In this document: positions 61,426 to 64,000 of the stretch, piece after piece
How positions within the stretch are numbered: the stretch's first letter is position 1
How the letters are laid out: each line of letters starts with the position of its first letter
NCBI RefSeq assembly: GCF_004010195.1
Contig: NC_057750.1
Location: 12,251,144 to 12,315,143 of the forward strand
Direction of reading: 5' to 3'
Length of the DNA: 64,000 bases
Source: Chiloscyllium plagiosum
Taxonomy: Eukaryota
Position numbers and translations under genes: made by a program
Notes under the pieces: generated by a model
Told to the model about the DNA's origin: nothing
The model's database searches: none
Seen by the model: only the letters and a program-made list of their open reading frames with translations

Positions 61426-62945
61426 TAGAATGATAGAATTGTACAGCATGGAAGCAGACCCTGTGGTCCAACACGTACATGCTGACCAGATGTTTTAGAT
61501 TAATGTTATCCCATTTGCCAGCATTTGGCCCATATTCTTCTAAACCCTTCCTATTCATATAACCATCCAGATGCCTTTTAAATGCTGTAATTGTATCAGC
61601 CTCCATCTCTTCCTGTGGCAGCTCATTCCATACATGCAGTACCCTCTGTGAGAAAAAGTTGCTCCTTAGATTCCTTTCCCCTACGCCCTCTAGTTCTGAA
61701 CTCTGCTACCTTGGGGAAAAGACCTTCACCCTATCCATGATTTTATAAACCTCTATAAGGTCACCCCTTAGCCTCTGACATTCCAAGAAAAATAGCCCCA
61801 ACATTTTCAGCCTCTCCCTATAGCTCAAAGACTCCAACCCTGGCAACTTCCTTTTAAATCTTTTCTGAACCCTCTCAAGTTTGACAACATCTTTCCTATA
61901 GCAGGGAGACCAGAATTGAATGCAGTGTTCCAAAAGTGCCCTAACCAATGTCCTGTACAGCTGCAACATGACCTCCCAACTCAATGCATTGACCAATAAA
62001 GGCAAGCGCACTAAATGCCGCCTTCAAAACTCAGTCTACCTGCGACTCCATTTTCAATAAATTATGAACCTGCACCCCTAGGTCTCTTTGTTCAGCGACA
62101 CTTCACAGGTCCTTACCATTAACTGTATAGGTCCTTCCCTGATTTGCCTTTCCAAAATGCAGCACCTCACATTTATCTAAATTAAACTCCATCTACCACT
62201 CTTTGGCCCATTGGGCAACTGATCCCATTTTACACTGAGATAAATTTTATCACTGTTCAATACACCACTAATTTTGGTGTCATCTGCAAAATTACTAACC
62301 ATACCTCCTATATTCACATACAAATTATATATATAAATGACAAAAAAAACACCAATCCTTCCGGCACACAGCTGGTCACAGGCTTCCAGTCTGAAAAGCA
62401 ATCCTCCACCACAATCCTCTGTCTCCTACCTTTGAGCCAATTCAGTATTGAAATGGATAGCTCTCCTTGTATTCCACATGATCTAACCTTGCTAACCAGT
62501 CTACCATGTAGAACCTTGTTGAGCATCTTGCTGAAGTCCACATAGACAATATCCACCACTCTGCCTTCATCATAAATCTTCTTTGTCGCTTCTTCAAAAA
62601 CTCAATCAAGTTAGTGAGACATGATTTCCCATGTACAAAAACATGTTGGTTATCCCTAATCAATCATTGCCTTTCCAAACACACATAAATCCTGTCCCCC
62701 ATAATCCTCTCCAACAACTTGGCCACCACTGACATCAGGCTCACTGGTCTATAGTTCCCTGACTTTTTCTTACCACTTTTCTTAAGTAATAGCACCACAT
62801 TAGCCAACCTCCAGTTTTCTGGCACCTTACCCATAGCTATCGATGATACAAATATCTCTGCAAGGGGCCTGGCAATCACTTCCTTAGTTTCCCTCAAAGT
62901 TCTCTGGTACACCTGAGGATGTCTTGGGGATTTTTCCACCTTTTT
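61426..62945 (-). mobile_element. HER1/CR1 LINE, 5'-truncated
   Basis: GNYRPVSLMSVVAKLLE, FADDTKISG, LRGDLIEVYKIM. Confidence 0.95.
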
Positions 62946-63049
62946 GTTCATGTCAAGCAGGCTTTTATGTTGAATTGTGTGGTGATAGTTGACATACAGT
63001 GGTTGGGAAGGGAATTCCAGATATTTGATGTAGCATTACATAACGCTTT

Positions 63050-63395
63050 ATGACAACAGAGTGATAAGGTCACTGGACTAGTAAATGAGAGGCCAAGATT
63101 AATGTTGTGGGGACACAATTTAAAATCTCACAATGGTAGCTGATTCCATAAATAAAATTGGGAATTGAAAGCTAGCATCAGTGATGGTGACCATAAAGAT
63201 ATTATTGATTATCATTTAAAAAAACTAACGCCTGAGGAAATCTACATCCTTACCAGGTCTGACCTACTTGCGACTCCACAGCAATGTGGTTGACTCTTAC
63301 CTTCCCTCTAAAAATCGTAACAAGCCACTCAGTTCAAGGGATCGGCAACAAATGCTGGCCTTACCAGTGAAACACACGTCCTGTGAAAGAATATG
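63050..63395 (+). mobile_element. SINE family B
   Basis: Collinear with 1062-1742. Confidence 0.7.
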
Positions 63396-63578
63396 TTTTT
63401 TAAAATGTGGAAGTCAGGATGATTGTGACTTGGAGAGAAAGTTGGAGAAGAATTGTAGGGTTGGGACATGCTATCAAAATACGTTCGAGTTATTGTAGTG
63501 TAAACTGCGGAAGGTGCAATCTGTATTTTCTCTATGCATTAACTCCTTGTTTTATGTTTGGTCCTTTGCACATTTCTG

Positions 63579-63678
63579 GATTAGTGGTGCTGGAAGAGCA
63601 CAGCAGTTCAGGCAGCATCCAAGGAGCTTCGAAATCGGCAAAAGCCCTTCATCAGGAATAAAGGCAGTGAGCCTGGAG
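63579..63678 (-). mobile_element. Short PLE-derived element with degenerate hammerhead core
   Basis: Minus strand TTCCTGATGAAGGGCTTTTGCCG. Confidence 0.75.
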
Positions 63679-64000
63679 TTTTACCTTTGCACATTTGCCT
63701 GCTGCAGCAATAATCATGCTGTTCGGATAACTAGTGCTGCCCTGGAACAATAGAATCTGCATTGGTCTCAGCTAGCAGTTATAGTGAGGTGGATGAGGTA
63801 GTCCACTGTGATAAATGAAAATCAGAGAAAAAAATTATATGCATACCTCTTTTATGATCATCAAAGAGGCCAAAACATAATTGTGACACTCTCAAAGTAC
63901 ACTTGTATTCCTGCCTTTCAATAAACACATAATAAAAGCAGCATTGACTCTCGTTTCCTCATCCACCATGGATAAAGCACAGCTGCAGAATCTTGTTGAA

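Overview
This is repeat-dense vertebrate DNA, almost certainly from an elasmobranch (shark or ray), judging by its HE1/V-SINE, HER1/CR1 and SacSINE1-like DeuSINE content. I cannot support any host protein-coding exon, rRNA, true tRNA gene or CRISPR array. Every recognisable ORF is a fragment of a retroelement: CR1-clade APE/RT, Penelope RT/GIY-YIG, or Gypsy integrase/gag. More than half of the window is nested, decayed retroelements, and there are three N-gaps. The most notable signals are: (1) about a dozen mostly degenerate hammerhead-ribozyme cores in Penelope-derived short elements, several inserted as palindromic units with 14-18 bp flanking duplications; (2) a ~2.1 kb locus-specific inverted duplication (32906-35032) with a near-identical internal tract; (3) a 98-bp templated patch copied into a LINE; (4) repeat-free islands with enhancer-like grammar, especially a Pbx-Hox/Meis cluster at 3290-3530. 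Family names come from recalled consensus features, not database searches. Boundaries of old elements are approximate (tens of bp). I found no convincing wholly new biological system.
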